Counted from the stretch's first letter, positions 30,645 through 42,586 are shown. The stretch: 64,000 nt of DNA from Gemmatimonadota bacterium (GCA_013002885.1 JABDLS010000047.1:17351-81350); one strand, 5' to 3'. The notes: generated from the letters alone by a model not told the origin. A program made the numbers and translations.

Positions 30645-30663
30645 AGCCATAGAGAGGAAGTGA

Positions 30664-31719
30664 ATGGAGATTTTCGGCCTGATGTCCGAGGGCGGTCACG
30701 AGCAACTCGCCTTCTGGAACGATCCGGATCTGGGCTACCGTGGTATCATCGCCATCCATGACACCACCATGGGGCCTGCCCTCGGCGGGACGAGATTCTG
30801 GAACTACGACTCCGACGAAGACGCCATCGTCGACGCGCTTCGACTCTCCAGGGGGATGACGTACAAGGCCGCCATCACCGGCCTGAACCTCGGCGGGGGC
30901 AAGTCGGTGATCTGGGGTGACAACCGGACCATCGACCGGGAGATGGTTTTCCGCGCCCACGGACGGGCGGTGGACTCCCTGGGCGGTCGATACATCACCG
31001 CCGAGGACGTGGGCACGTCACCAGACGACATGGAGTTCGTCTCCATGGAGACCGAGCACGTCGTGGGTCTCATCGGGCGTTCCGGTGATCCGTCTCCGGT
31101 GACGGCCTATGGGGTCTACCGGGGGATCAAAGCCTCGGCGAAGGCGCGCTACGGGACAGACTCACTGGCGGGCAAGCACGTCGTCGTTCAGGGCGTGGGG
31201 CACGTCGGGTACTATCTCTGCGAGGACCTGGCCGCGGAAAACGCACAGCTCACGGTCACCGATATCGATCAGGACCGCATTCAGAGGGTCGTCGACGATT
31301 TCGGCGCCGACGCTGTCGCTCCAGACGAGATCTACGACGTGGATGCCGACATCTTCGCCCCGTGTGCCCTCGGCGCCGTGGTGAACGACGACACCATCGA
31401 CCGCTTCACCTTCGACATCATCGCCGGTGCCGCCAACAATCAGCTGGCGAAGGGCTCGGTTCACGGGCCCGCCCTGAAAAAGCGCGGCATCCTGTACGCT
31501 CCGGACTACGTCATCAATGCCGGCGGGCTCATCAACGTGTATGGTGAGATCAACGAGTGGTCGGCCGAGCGGAGCAAGCGGAAGGCTGGCGACATCTACA
31601 ACACCCTCCTGCGCATCTTCGAACTCGCCGAGTCGGAGGACATTTCGACGCACGTCGCCGCCAATCGACAGGCGGAGCGCCGCATCCAGGAGGCACGACA
31701 CCTTCAGCGGACGTGGTGA
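30664..31719 (+). CDS. Leu/Val/Phe dehydrogenase (Glu/Leu/Phe/Val dehydrogenase family)
   Basis: GPALGGTRF, catalytic Lys context [11 protein letters not shown] fold [20 protein letters not shown] Shine-Dalgarno (SD) sequence upstream. Confidence 0.88.
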   Translation: MEIFGLMSEGGHEQLAFWNDPDLGYRGIIAIHDTTMGPALGGTRFWNYDSDEDAIVDALRLSRGMTYKAAITGLNLGGGKSVIWGDNRTIDREMVFRAHGRAVDSLGGRYITAEDVGTSPDDMEFVSMETEHVVGLIGRSGDPSPVTAYGVYRGIKASAKARYGTDSLAGKHVVVQGVGHVGYYLCEDLAAENAQLTVTDIDQDRIQRVVDDFGADAVAPDEIYDVDADIFAPCALGAVVNDDTIDRFTFDIIAGAANNQLAKGSVHGPALKKRGILYAPDYVINAGGLINVYGEINEWSAERSKRKAGDIYNTLLRIFELAESEDISTHVAANRQAERRIQEARHLQRTW

Positions 31720-31720
31720 C

Positions 31721-32989
31721 ATGGCCGACACGATGGAGCACCTGAAGCAGACCGACCCCGAGGTCTACGATTCCATCATCTCGGAGGCGAGGCGCCAGGC
31801 GGATGGCCTGGAGCTCATCGCGTCGGAGAACTTCGTGTCCCGGGCGGTCCTCGAAGCCATGGGCTCGGTGATGACGAACAAGTACGCCGAGGGGCTGCCG
31901 GGAAAGCGGTACTACGGCGGGTGCGAGTTCGTCGATATCGCCGAGGATAAGGCCAGGGAGCGAGCGAAGCGGCTTTTCGGGGCCGAACACGCCAACGTCC
32001 AGGCCCATTCCGGCGCCCAGGCCAACATGGCTGCGTACTTCACCTTCCTGAGCCCCGGCGACAAGATCCTCGGCATGAACCTGAGCCACGGAGGGCACCT
32101 CACCCACGGCTCACCGGTGAACTTCAGTGGCAGGCTTTTCGAGGTCGCCTCCTACGGTGTCGGCGATGACGATGGACTCATCGACTACGACGCTGTACGC
32201 GAACTGGCCCTGAACGAGAAGCCGGCGATGATCGTGGCAGGAGCCAGTGCCTACCCGCGGATCATCGATTTCGAGCGCTTCGGTGAGATCGCCCGGGAGG
32301 CGGGCGCCCGCATGCTCGTTGACATGGCCCATATCGCCGGCCTGGTGGCCACGGGGCATCACCCGTCGCCGGTCCCTCATTCCGATGTGGTGACGACGAC
32401 CACCCACAAGACCCTTCGCGGACCACGAGGCGGCCTCATCCTGTGCACCGAGGAGCATGCCAAGGGCATCGACAAGTCGGTCTTCCCCTTCATGCAGGGA
32501 GGCCCACTCATGCACGTCATCGCCGCCAAGGCTGTGGCGTTCAAGGAGGCGTTGGAGCCGACCTTCACGGACTACTCGGCTCAGGTCATCGCCAATGCCC
32601 AGGCCCTCGGGGCGGGGCTCGTGGATCATGGCTTCCACCTGGTGAGCGGTGGCACAGATAACCATCTGCTCCTGGTGGACCTTCGGCCTAGCCACGACGA
32701 ACTCACCGGCAAGGACGCGGAGCACGCCCTGGAATCGGCAGGCATCACGGTGAACAAGAACACGGTTCCCGGCGAAACCCGGTCGCCGTTCGTCACATCG
32801 GGGCTCCGCATCGGCACCCCGGCTTTGACCACCCGGGGCATGAAGGAAGACGAAATGCGTCGCATTTCGGACTGGATGGCACATATACTTGAGAAGCCCT
32901 ACGACGAAGATCGGATCGACGCCGTGCGGGCCGAAGTGCGTGAGATGTGCGACGAATTCCCCCTCTATAGGGAGCTTTCGACCGCCTGA
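31721..32989 (+). CDS. glyA: serine hydroxymethyltransferase
   Basis: [25 protein letters not shown]-Lys motif [17 protein letters not shown] 31721 follows the upstream stop with a 1-nt gap. Confidence 0.97.
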   Translation: MADTMEHLKQTDPEVYDSIISEARRQADGLELIASENFVSRAVLEAMGSVMTNKYAEGLPGKRYYGGCEFVDIAEDKARERAKRLFGAEHANVQAHSGAQANMAAYFTFLSPGDKILGMNLSHGGHLTHGSPVNFSGRLFEVASYGVGDDDGLIDYDAVRELALNEKPAMIVAGASAYPRIIDFERFGEIAREAGARMLVDMAHIAGLVATGHHPSPVPHSDVVTTTTHKTLRGPRGGLILCTEEHAKGIDKSVFPFMQGGPLMHVIAAKAVAFKEALEPTFTDYSAQVIANAQALGAGLVDHGFHLVSGGTDNHLLLVDLRPSHDELTGKDAEHALESAGITVNKNTVPGETRSPFVTSGLRIGTPALTTRGMKEDEMRRISDWMAHILEKPYDEDRIDAVRAEVREMCDEFPLYRELSTA

Positions 32990-33007
32990 GCCACCGTCAA
33001 GGGTGGC
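32990..33007 (+). terminator. hairpin after glyA (GCCACC-gtcaag-GGTGGC), weak terminator candidate
   Basis: 6-bp GC stem immediately after the stop. Only a weak, interrupted T-tract follows. Confidence 0.25.
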
Positions 33008-33038
33008 GCCCCCCCTTCAGGTTTCACACATTCTGCCG

Positions 33039-33425
33039 ATGAACGAGTTACAGTTCGCCGACGAAGTCCTGGATCAGCTCCAGGAGCGTAACCCGCGGTT
33101 TCACCCGCGGTCGTACGTGTTCGTATTGCAGGCGCTGCACTCGGTCATCCAGTCTCTCGACGAGCCCCGGCACATCACGGGGCGCGAACTCACCGAAGGC
33201 GTTCGAGAGTTGGCTATCGGGCAGTACGGTCCCCTCGCCAGGACCGTGCTGGAGCATTGGGGCATTCATGAGACCGAAGATGTCGGTCGTGTAGTCTTCG
33301 CGATGGTCGAGCAGGGCATACTCGTGAAGGAGGACGACGACAATCCGCAGGACTTCGAGAATCTGTTCGACTTCGAGGAAGCGTTCGAGTCGAATTACCC
33401 CTGGAACGCTCGGCCCCAACACTGA
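33039..33425 (+). CDS. conserved hypothetical, Minf_1886-family-like
   Basis: 128 aa. The pattern NPRFHPRSYVFVLQAL...ITGRELTEGVRELAIGQYGPLARTVLEHWGI..TEDVGRVVFAMVEQGIL...DFENLFDFEEAF matches my recollection of this family. Track start 32889 overlaps glyA. Confidence 0.6.
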   Translation: MNELQFADEVLDQLQERNPRFHPRSYVFVLQALHSVIQSLDEPRHITGRELTEGVRELAIGQYGPLARTVLEHWGIHETEDVGRVVFAMVEQGILVKEDDDNPQDFENLFDFEEAFESNYPWNARPQH

Positions 33426-33428
33426 AGG

Positions 33429-33446
33429 GATCCGCTCCGGCGGATC
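33429..33446 (+). terminator. hairpin GATCCGC-tccg-GCGGATC just after the stop codon
   Basis: 7-bp perfect stem, 4-nt loop, no U-tract. Confidence 0.25.
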
Positions 33447-33519
33447 GAAAATCCAAGACAAGCCCGACTGGTCGGGCACACATCGAGGGCGCACGTGAGC
33501 ACGTCGCCCATGGGAGGGG

Positions 33520-33723
33520 ATGGACATGGTGTCTGAAAGCGGCTTTCCCGCTTGCCAGAAGTGCAACGACGGGCTCTTGCTTCCGCTGTCCGACTACGGA
33601 AGGGAAGGAGCACCGATTCGCTACAAGGCCTGGGTCTGCTCCAACCCGGAGTGCGGCTTCAACATCCGCATCGACAACGGAGAGGTCACGCTCGGGCGTC
33701 AGATCGGCCAGAGCTACAAGTAG
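33520..33723 (+). CDS. small zinc-ribbon protein (67 aa)
   Basis: CQKC ... CSNPEC four-Cys arrangement. GGGAGGGG upstream of the ATG. No recognisable family. Confidence 0.6.
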   Translation: MDMVSESGFPACQKCNDGLLLPLSDYGREGAPIRYKAWVCSNPECGFNIRIDNGEVTLGRQIGQSYK

Positions 33724-33741
33724 TCACGGGGCGCTCGCTCC

Positions 33742-35430
33742 ATGAGCGATTCATCACCGCCCCTCCGACCCTTCGCCCGAGGGCACATCCGCGTCCAGAC
33801 GGCGTCCGAGGCCGGCGCTTTCGACCGTCGTGCCATCGACGAGGTCGGCGTTCCCGAGGTGGTACTCATGGAGAACGCCGGGCGATCGGCGGCCCTCCTC
33901 GCCCGTAGGCTTCTTCTGGCACCATTCAGAGGGACTCCCACGGCCGACGGGGCTGCCAAGGGGGTGGGTGGGCCTCCTTCCCGCCCGGTCCCGATCGTGG
34001 CGCTGGTGGGGTCGGGCAACAACGGAGGCGACGCACTGGTCGTCCTTCGTTCCTTCGCTGCGTGGGGCTACCAGACCCGCGCCGTCGTGGTGGCCGATCG
34101 TGCGGCCGACGATCCCCTCCTCCACGGATGGCCCGTGGACATCGTCGATGACCGGGACCTCGCGGATACTGAGTTGCAGGCTCTGCTGGGCACGGCCGCA
34201 CTCGTGGTGGACGGCATTCTCGGGACCGGAGCACGTGGTGCGCCGCGCCCCCGGCAGGCACGGGTCATCGAGGCGTTGAATGACAGCCAGGGGCCCGTGA
34301 TGGCCCTCGACGTCCCCTCCGGTGCCGACGCTTCCTCTGGTGGCGTCTCTGGCGCCATCGTCGACGCCGACCTCACGGTTTCCTTCGGCGCTCCGAAGAT
34401 CGGGGCGCTCCTCCATCCGGCCAGGGCCCGCGTCGGACGACACGTGACGGTCGAGATCGGCTTTCCGCCCATCACCGACGCGGACGCCTCGGCCTTTGCC
34501 GTGACGCCATCGTGGGTAGCGCGCCGCCTGCCCCGGCGGGGCACCGACACCCACAAGAACGAGGTAGGGCGGGTGGTCGTCGTCGGCGGGGGGGCGGGCA
34601 TGGCCGGGGCGGCGATCCTGGCTGGGCGCGCGGCGTTCCGGGCGGGGGCCGGTCTCGTCCAGATTGCCACGGCGGCGGAGAACCGCGCGGCCGTCCTTGG
34701 AGCGGTGCCTGAGGCGATCGTCTTGGCATGGAACGACTCGGAGGCGCTCCGGAGGGCGCTGGAGGAAGCCGACGCCGTCGTGGCCGGTCCTGGGCTGGGG
34801 ACCGGTACGGAGGCCGCCCATGTGTTGCGTGTGGCTCTGGCAGAGGGCGCTGCGCCCCTGGTGCTCGATGCCGATGGTCTCAACCTGGTGGCGGATGGGG
34901 CCGTCGATCTGCCGGGTGGACGGCCGATGCTCATGACGCCGCACCCAGGGGAGATGAGAAGGCTTCTGGACGCCAGGGAGGGCGCGGGCGCTCCACCCTC
35001 CGACGGAGGCGGCACCTCGTCCCTCGATTTGGCTCGTGCTGCCGCCACGCGCATGCACTGCACCGTTCTCTACAAGGGGGCACCGTCCGTTGTGGCCGCG
35101 TCCGAGGGGCCGATGGCCATCGACACGCAATCAACGTCCGACCTGGCCGTGGCGGGTATGGGAGACACCCTCGCCGGAGTGTGTGGCGCCGTCGCGGCGC
35201 AGGGCCTCGACGTCGCGGATGCCGGTGCCGTCGGCTTGTACCTGAGCGGGCGGGCCGCCACCCTGGCCCGACGCGGTCCCGGCCTCACCCCTTCCGACGT
35301 GGTCGAATCGGTGCCCGCCGCCATCGCCGAGCTGGTGGGCCTCGGTGACGATCTCGTTCGAGGGTTCGGAGGGGGGAGTACGGAGCTCGATCTTCCCTTC
35401 GTCCTTTTCGATGCGGACCCGGCTCGTTAG
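33742..35430 (+). CDS. nnr: bifunctional NAD(P)H-hydrate epimerase / ADP-dependent dehydratase
   Basis: YjeF-N motif VGSGNNGGDALV. C-terminal kinase-like VVVVGGGAGMAGAAILAGRAAFRAGAGLV and GMGDTLAG. Confidence 0.9.
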   Translation: MSDSSPPLRPFARGHIRVQTASEAGAFDRRAIDEVGVPEVVLMENAGRSAALLARRLLLAPFRGTPTADGAAKGVGGPPSRPVPIVALVGSGNNGGDALVVLRSFAAWGYQTRAVVVADRAADDPLLHGWPVDIVDDRDLADTELQALLGTAALVVDGILGTGARGAPRPRQARVIEALNDSQGPVMALDVPSGADASSGGVSGAIVDADLTVSFGAPKIGALLHPARARVGRHVTVEIGFPPITDADASAFAVTPSWVARRLPRRGTDTHKNEVGRVVVVGGGAGMAGAAILAGRAAFRAGAGLVQIATAAENRAAVLGAVPEAIVLAWNDSEALRRALEEADAVVAGPGLGTGTEAAHVLRVALAEGAAPLVLDADGLNLVADGAVDLPGGRPMLMTPHPGEMRRLLDAREGAGAPPSDGGGTSSLDLARAAATRMHCTVLYKGAPSVVAASEGPMAIDTQSTSDLAVAGMGDTLAGVCGAVAAQGLDVADAGAVGLYLSGRAATLARRGPGLTPSDVVESVPAAIAELVGLGDDLVRGFGGGSTELDLPFVLFDADPAR

Positions 35431-35472
35431 CCGCATGGTGACCAAGGGGTGGCCCGAAGAGCGGAGGACTCC

Positions 35473-36468
35473 ATGAAGCGCGTGAAACTGGGTAAAGGAG
35501 GGGAGTTCGACCTCATCCGTCGGCTCGTCGGAAACGACGACGGGGCGGACATCGCGCTCGGGCCTGGCGATGATGCCGCCGTCCTCCGGGATGGCTGGGT
35601 GGTCACCACTGACCTCTCCGTCGAAGACGTCCACTTCAGGCGGAAGTGGCTCAACGACGAGGAGATCGGGTGGCGAGCGGGGGCCGTGGCTCTTTCTGAC
35701 CTGGCGGCCATGGCCGCGACACCGGTGGCGGTGCTGGTGTCGATGGCGGTGCCTCGGCCGGCTGGGGGTGACCGCGCATTGGACCCGGAGGCGGTCCAAC
35801 GCGGTGTGCGGGCCGCGGCCTTCTCGGTTGGCGCTACCGTCGTCGGGGGCGACCTCACCCGTTCGCCTGGTCCACTCGTCATCGATGTCGTGGCTCTGGG
35901 CCGTACGGCGTGGCCGGTGCAACGCGACGGCGCCGAGGACGGCGACGACGTTTGGGTGACCGGCCCGCTAGGGGCCAGCGCCGCGGCGGTGGCAATATGG
36001 GAGTCCGGAGGAGAGCCGGGGCCCGAGTTGCGGGCGGCCTATGCCCACCCCGAGCCCCGCGTTTCGGCGGCGTGCGGCCTCGTGGAGCAAGAGGTCGTGG
36101 ACGCCCTCATCGATCTGTCCGACGGCCTCGCCGGCGACGCGGGCCACCTCGCGGCGGCTTCGGGTGTCGCCATCGTCCTGGACGAGGAGGCCATTCCCGT
36201 CGCCGAAGCCGTCGTCAGCGCCTTCGGCCTCGAACGGGCCCGCGATCTCGCACTTCACGGCGGCGAGGACTATGAACTCTGCTTCGTCACTGATCCGGGT
36301 GTCGTCGATGTCTCGTATTTCGAGAAGAAGTATGGGTTGCGGCTGGCGAAGGTCGGAACGGTCGAGGGGCTTGCAGTCGGGGGGGAGCCGGCGGTCCGGA
36401 TCCGCCGCGCAGACGGGACGGTGGAGGAACTGCAGCGTGGAGGGTTCGACCATTGGGGCCCGTCGTGA
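35473..36468 (+). CDS. thiL: thiamine-monophosphate kinase
   Basis: GEFDLIRRL, GDDAAV, DLSDGLAGD, GGEDYELCF. ATG 35473 preceded by GGAGGA. Confidence 0.9.
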   Translation: MKRVKLGKGGEFDLIRRLVGNDDGADIALGPGDDAAVLRDGWVVTTDLSVEDVHFRRKWLNDEEIGWRAGAVALSDLAAMAATPVAVLVSMAVPRPAGGDRALDPEAVQRGVRAAAFSVGATVVGGDLTRSPGPLVIDVVALGRTAWPVQRDGAEDGDDVWVTGPLGASAAAVAIWESGGEPGPELRAAYAHPEPRVSAACGLVEQEVVDALIDLSDGLAGDAGHLAAASGVAIVLDEEAIPVAEAVVSAFGLERARDLALHGGEDYELCFVTDPGVVDVSYFEKKYGLRLAKVGTVEGLAVGGEPAVRIRRADGTVEELQRGGFDHWGPS

Positions 36469-36497
36469 GTCTGTGCCCTCGGCCAACCCAGCCATGA

Positions 36498-38836
<2,339 letters not shown>

Positions 38837-38841
38837 AGAGC

Positions 38842-39813
38842 TCAGTCCTCCTCTTTCGAACCCCGTTCGCTCTCCACCGGAACCGCTTCCTTCTCGTTCG
38901 CGGCTGGGGCGCTTCCGGTCTCCCCGACGTCGAGAAGCTTCCGGGCCACGTTCTCCAGGCCTGCGGCTTCCTCGCTCTTTCCCGGTAGCGACGACCCCAC
39001 CATCGCTTCCGCCGCCGCCTTCAGGGCCCGTTCCCGGGCCTCGGGTGAAGCCTTCGTCGACTCCTTCACGAAGGGCGAGAAGAGGTCGATGGGAATCGGG
39101 AAGAGGGTCGTGGAATTATTCTCCACCGCGACCTCGGTCACCGTCTGCAGGAAGCGGAGCTGCATGGCTACGGGGAACTGCTCGATGATCTCCGCGGCGG
39201 CGACGAGCTTCGTCGACGCCTGATACTCTCCCTCGGCGTTGATGACCTTGGCACGCCGCTCGCGCTCTGCCTCGGCCTGCTTCGCCATGGCGCGCTTCAT
39301 CTCCTGCGGTAGGTCGATGTCCTTGATCTCCACGCCGGTGACGTCGATGCCCCAGGGGTCCGTGCCCTGGTCGATAATGCCACGCACCACCTCGTTGATC
39401 CGCTCTCGTTCGGCGAGAAGCTCGTCGAGCTCCGACTGACCGATTACCGATCGAAGCGTGGTCTGGGCCAGCTGGCTGGTGGCGAAGTAGTAGTCCTCGA
39501 TCTCGATGACCGCCTTCGTCGGGTCCGCCACCCGGAAGTACACCACCGCGTTCACCCGGACGCTCACGTTGTCTTTGGTGATGGTGTCCTGAGGGGCAAT
39601 GTCCAAGGCCACGATGCGGAGGTCCATCTTGCGCAGTCGGTCGACGCCGAAGGGCACCAGGAAGACGACGCCGGGCCCTTTGGCCCGGGTCAGCTTGCCC
39701 AGACGAAAGACGACACCACGTTCGTACTCAAAGAGGACGCGGACGCCCGTGAGGATGGCACCGATTCCACCAATGATGGCCGGGACCAGCAGAGCGCTGA
39801 GCTCGAACCCCAT
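38842..39813 (-). CDS. SPFH/Band-7 (stomatin-like) membrane protein
   Basis: N-terminal TM segment, [24 protein letters not shown], and a coiled-coil Ala/Glu-rich region. Confidence 0.9.
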   Translation of the reverse strand: MGFELSALLVPAIIGGIGAILTGVRVLFEYERGVVFRLGKLTRAKGPGVVFLVPFGVDRLRKMDLRIVALDIAPQDTITKDNVSVRVNAVVYFRVADPTKAVIEIEDYYFATSQLAQTTLRSVIGQSELDELLAERERINEVVRGIIDQGTDPWGIDVTGVEIKDIDLPQEMKRAMAKQAEAERERRAKVINAEGEYQASTKLVAAAEIIEQFPVAMQLRFLQTVTEVAVENNSTTLFPIPIDLFSPFVKESTKASPEARERALKAAAEAMVGSSLPGKSEEAAGLENVARKLLDVGETGSAPAANEKEAVPVESERGSKEED

Positions 39814-39930
39814 GGAACCTCTCCTTCGTCGGAGTGACTGAAAGCGATCGGGCCGAGAGCCCTGTGCGGGCGACCCTGATCAAGGGTACCCGCAGGTCCG
39901 AATTCGTGCCGCGCGCCGCGACACACGCTG

Positions 39931-39959
39931 TTGACAGGGTGCCCGCGCAGGATGAGCTT
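39931..39959 (+). promoter_or_regulatory. possible promoter of the tRNA gene (perfect TTGACA -35)
   Basis: TTGACA at 39931-39936, 34 nt upstream of the tRNA 5' end. The -10 region (TGAGCT/GAGCTT) is poor. Confidence 0.3.
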
Positions 39960-39969
39960 TTCCGTCCTC

Positions 39970-40043
39970 GCCGGAGTAGCTCAGCTGGTTAGAGCAGCGG
40001 AATCATAATCCGCGTGTCGGGGGTTCAAGTCCCTCCTCCGGCA
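39970..40043 (+). tRNA. tRNA with CAT anticodon (elongator Met or Ile2/lysidine type; not initiator)
   Basis: Hand-folded cloverleaf: acceptor GCCGGAG/CTCCGGC, D arm GCTC-AGCTGGTTA-GAGC, anticodon arm GCGGA-ATCATAA-TCCGC, T arm GGGGG-TTCAAGT-CCCTC, discriminator A. G1-C72 is paired and there is no 3xGC anticodon stem, so it is not tRNA-fMet. CCA is not encoded. Confidence 0.9.
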
Positions 40044-40072
40044 CTCAGAGCAGCAGAAGGTCGCGCCGATGC

Positions 40073-40094
40073 GGCCCCTCCCGCGGGAGGGGCC
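40073..40094. terminator. GC-rich hairpin GGCCCCTCCC-gc-GGGAGGGGCC between convergent tRNA and lipoprotein genes
   Basis: 10-bp perfect inverted repeat. On the + strand a T-containing tail (GTGTTCGTTCG) follows. Could act bidirectionally. Confidence 0.45.
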
Positions 40095-40107
40095 GTGTTC
40101 GTTCGCC

Positions 40108-40992
40108 TCAACACCCCTTTCCGTACGCCACGTCCACCCTCGGTCGCCCTGCCTCGTCCAGCAGCGCCTCCACGGGCACTTCGAGGATCTCGACCTCGAC
40201 CGTCGGCACCGAATCGACGTCCTCGCCGCACGGCATGTCCTGGGGGATCTCGGCTCGGAAGCGCACCTGGCCATTCTCGACGCCGAGGACCATGTAGACG
40301 CCGGCGGGAACGATGCTCGATTCCCCGACGGCTCCCGCCGCCTCCAGGTGCTGGAAGTACCAAAGGCGACCGGTCAATCCGAACGGACCCTCGAGCACGC
40401 TGAATCCGCGGCCGCCATCCAGTGAAAGCCAGACCCCCATTTCGGCGAGAAACCAGGGCTGGAATCGATCACCCTGCACCTGGCGAATCGGAACCGTCAT
40501 GCCGTAGCCCCAGTCGCCCACGTCCTCGATGAGGGTGACCGCTGCAGCGTCGTCCCCCTGGGCAACGAGCGCCGCGTAGGGCCACCGCCCCTGGGTCCGT
40601 AGGCGAGCGGAGAGCCACCCGGCGGGCTCATCGTCTCCGGCACCCCGCCAATAGCGGGCGAGGGGCACGGCAGTGCTATCGAGGTTCTGGGCCCAGCACG
40701 CCTCAGGCTGTCCACGACAGAGCTCTTCGAGTCGCTGGTACTCCACGTTGTATATGGAGTCCAGTGGACCGTGCAGGTACGCGTCGACGAACTTCGGCTC
40801 GTCGTCGAGCATGGGTGCGGCGATGGCAGCGGATGCCGGTGCCGGCGGCGGGGGCGGCGCTTCCATGCTATCGGGAGCGCCAAGGTGGGCGTCGGTATCG
40901 AGCGGAACCCGGTCTCCGCCGCAGCCAAATAGGGCAACGGTGGCACAGAAGGCGATGGTACGAGGCCATCGAGACGTCGGGAATGGGGCCAT
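40108..40992 (-). CDS. putative lipoprotein, unknown function (294 aa)
   Basis: Lipobox in MAPFPTSRWPRTIAFCATVALFGCGG, followed by a Pro-rich linker (EAPPPPPAPA). Only the last 294 codons of the 921-aa track ORF are accepted. Confidence 0.7.
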   Translation of the reverse strand: MAPFPTSRWPRTIAFCATVALFGCGGDRVPLDTDAHLGAPDSMEAPPPPPAPASAAIAAPMLDDEPKFVDAYLHGPLDSIYNVEYQRLEELCRGQPEACWAQNLDSTAVPLARYWRGAGDDEPAGWLSARLRTQGRWPYAALVAQGDDAAAVTLIEDVGDWGYGMTVPIRQVQGDRFQPWFLAEMGVWLSLDGGRGFSVLEGPFGLTGRLWYFQHLEAAGAVGESSIVPAGVYMVLGVENGQVRFRAEIPQDMPCGEDVDSVPTVEVEILEVPVEALLDEAGRPRVDVAYGKGC

Positions 40993-41154
40993 ATTCGACG
41001 GTAACGCGTTCCCGCCGGCTCCGCCCACCTTTTCGACCGCCGGGCCGTCTCGTGTGGCACGTCCTTCGATTCCCCCGACGCTCAGCCTGCCGTACCTTGA
41101 TAGGCTAGACAGCGACTCCACACGATCAGCCACCAGGGCAAGAAGAAGGCAGCC

Positions 41155-41670
41155 ATGACCGGACGAGCAAAAACCATTCTCACCGGGCGCCGGGAGCGCA
41201 TGGAGCGCATCCTCGATCGGAAGCTCTTGGCTCCGAAGGCGGGAGCCGATACCCCCATCCCTGATGAGACGCGCGAACACCTCCTCAGTGAAGCCCACGA
41301 CCTGTACTGGAACGAGTTGGAGTGGGAGCATATCACCGACGAGGAGGCCTTGGAGGATGGCCCGTTGGTCGAGCTCACTTTCCCGGGCCTCCTCGCTTAC
41401 GTTCGGGGCCTCCTTCTCGACGAAGTCATGCCCGACGCGCTGTCGCCTGCGAACCCTCGTCCACAGGTGGTGGCCGACCTCCTCGGCTTTCTCGCCGAGC
41501 GTATCGTCAGCCTGGAGGAGAACCTCGACGGTGATGACGCGTCGGAGCCGGAGAAACTCCAGCGCGAGTTGGCGATGACCAGCGAGCTCATCGACCGGGT
41601 TCTCTATCTGTATCATGATCTCTCCACCCAGGAAGTCGAATTCGTGGAGTCGGCCCAGGCCGCGACCTGA
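41155..41670 (+). CDS. hypothetical acidic protein (171 aa)
   Basis: ORF with coding-like composition and high GC3, divergent from the lipoprotein gene. No family recognised. Confidence 0.6.
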   Translation: MTGRAKTILTGRRERMERILDRKLLAPKAGADTPIPDETREHLLSEAHDLYWNELEWEHITDEEALEDGPLVELTFPGLLAYVRGLLLDEVMPDALSPANPRPQVVADLLGFLAERIVSLEENLDGDDASEPEKLQRELAMTSELIDRVLYLYHDLSTQEVEFVESAQAAT

Positions 41671-41709
41671 GGCGCGTGTAGCGCCGGGGTCCGCCGTGCC
41701 GTTGCCCTG

Positions 41710-42570
41710 ATGGTCCGTCGCAGACCGGGACGGCCGTACCTGTCGGGAGCCCCACTTCTGGTAGCCCATCGCGGCGGGGCGAAGCTGGCTCCTGAGAATA
41801 CCTTGGCCGCCTTCAAGGCTGCGGTCGAGGAATGGGGGGCCGACATGCTCGAACTCGATGTCCGGCTCTCGAAGGACGGCCATGTGATGGTCGTCCACGA
41901 TGCCACGGTGGATCGCACCACCGACGGTGCGGGCGCGGTCGCCGACTTCACCCGCAAGGAGCTCCAGTCTCTTGATGCCGGCTATCACTTCGTCGACTCC
42001 TCGGGCCATCGGTCCTTCCGGGGAAGGGGTGTCACGATCCCGACGTTGGAGGAACTCATGGATGCGTGCCCGGACACATGGCTGAACGTCGAGGCGAAGG
42101 AGGCCCAGGTCGCCGCACCACTCGTGGAGCTCGTGCGCCGGCGAGGTGAGACCCACCGGGTTCTCGTCGCTGCCGAGCACGATTCGAATCGTGCCGCCGT
42201 CCGTGGGTATGAGGGGCCCTGGGGCGCGAGCCGACATCACTGCATCCTCTTCTGGATCGCGCATCACCTTCCGGGCGGGGGGCCCTACACGCCGGCGGTC
42301 GACGTCTTTCAGATCCCGGAAAGGTGGAAGGGCGTTCGCGTCCTGACCCCGCGGCTCGTCCGCGAGGCCCACCGCCGGAACATCCCGGTGCATGTCTGGA
42401 CGGTGGACGATCCCGCCGACATGCGTCGGTTGCTGGACTGGGGGGTGGACGGCATCCAGTCCGATCGGCCCGACCTCCTGTCCGATGTGCTGGTCGAGCA
42501 GGCGGGGCGGCCGCTCCCGCCGTGTAGACGCTCGGCGACCGGGAGGACCTCTTCCGACGACTCGCCGTGA
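41710..42570 (+). CDS. glycerophosphodiester phosphodiesterase family protein
   Basis: LVAHRGG...PENTLAAF, ELDVRLSKDGHVMVVHDATVDRTT, VHVWTVD. Confidence 0.88.
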   Translation: MVRRRPGRPYLSGAPLLVAHRGGAKLAPENTLAAFKAAVEEWGADMLELDVRLSKDGHVMVVHDATVDRTTDGAGAVADFTRKELQSLDAGYHFVDSSGHRSFRGRGVTIPTLEELMDACPDTWLNVEAKEAQVAAPLVELVRRRGETHRVLVAAEHDSNRAAVRGYEGPWGASRHHCILFWIAHHLPGGGPYTPAVDVFQIPERWKGVRVLTPRLVREAHRRNIPVHVWTVDDPADMRRLLDWGVDGIQSDRPDLLSDVLVEQAGRPLPPCRRSATGRTSSDDSP

Positions 42571-42586
42571 ACCAGGGAGCCGCAAG

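Noticed and set aside
39814-41154. tRNA-associated genomic island or integrated element.
   Set aside because: I found no integrase, recombinase or phage gene, no repeat of the tRNA 3' end, and no obvious compositional shift.
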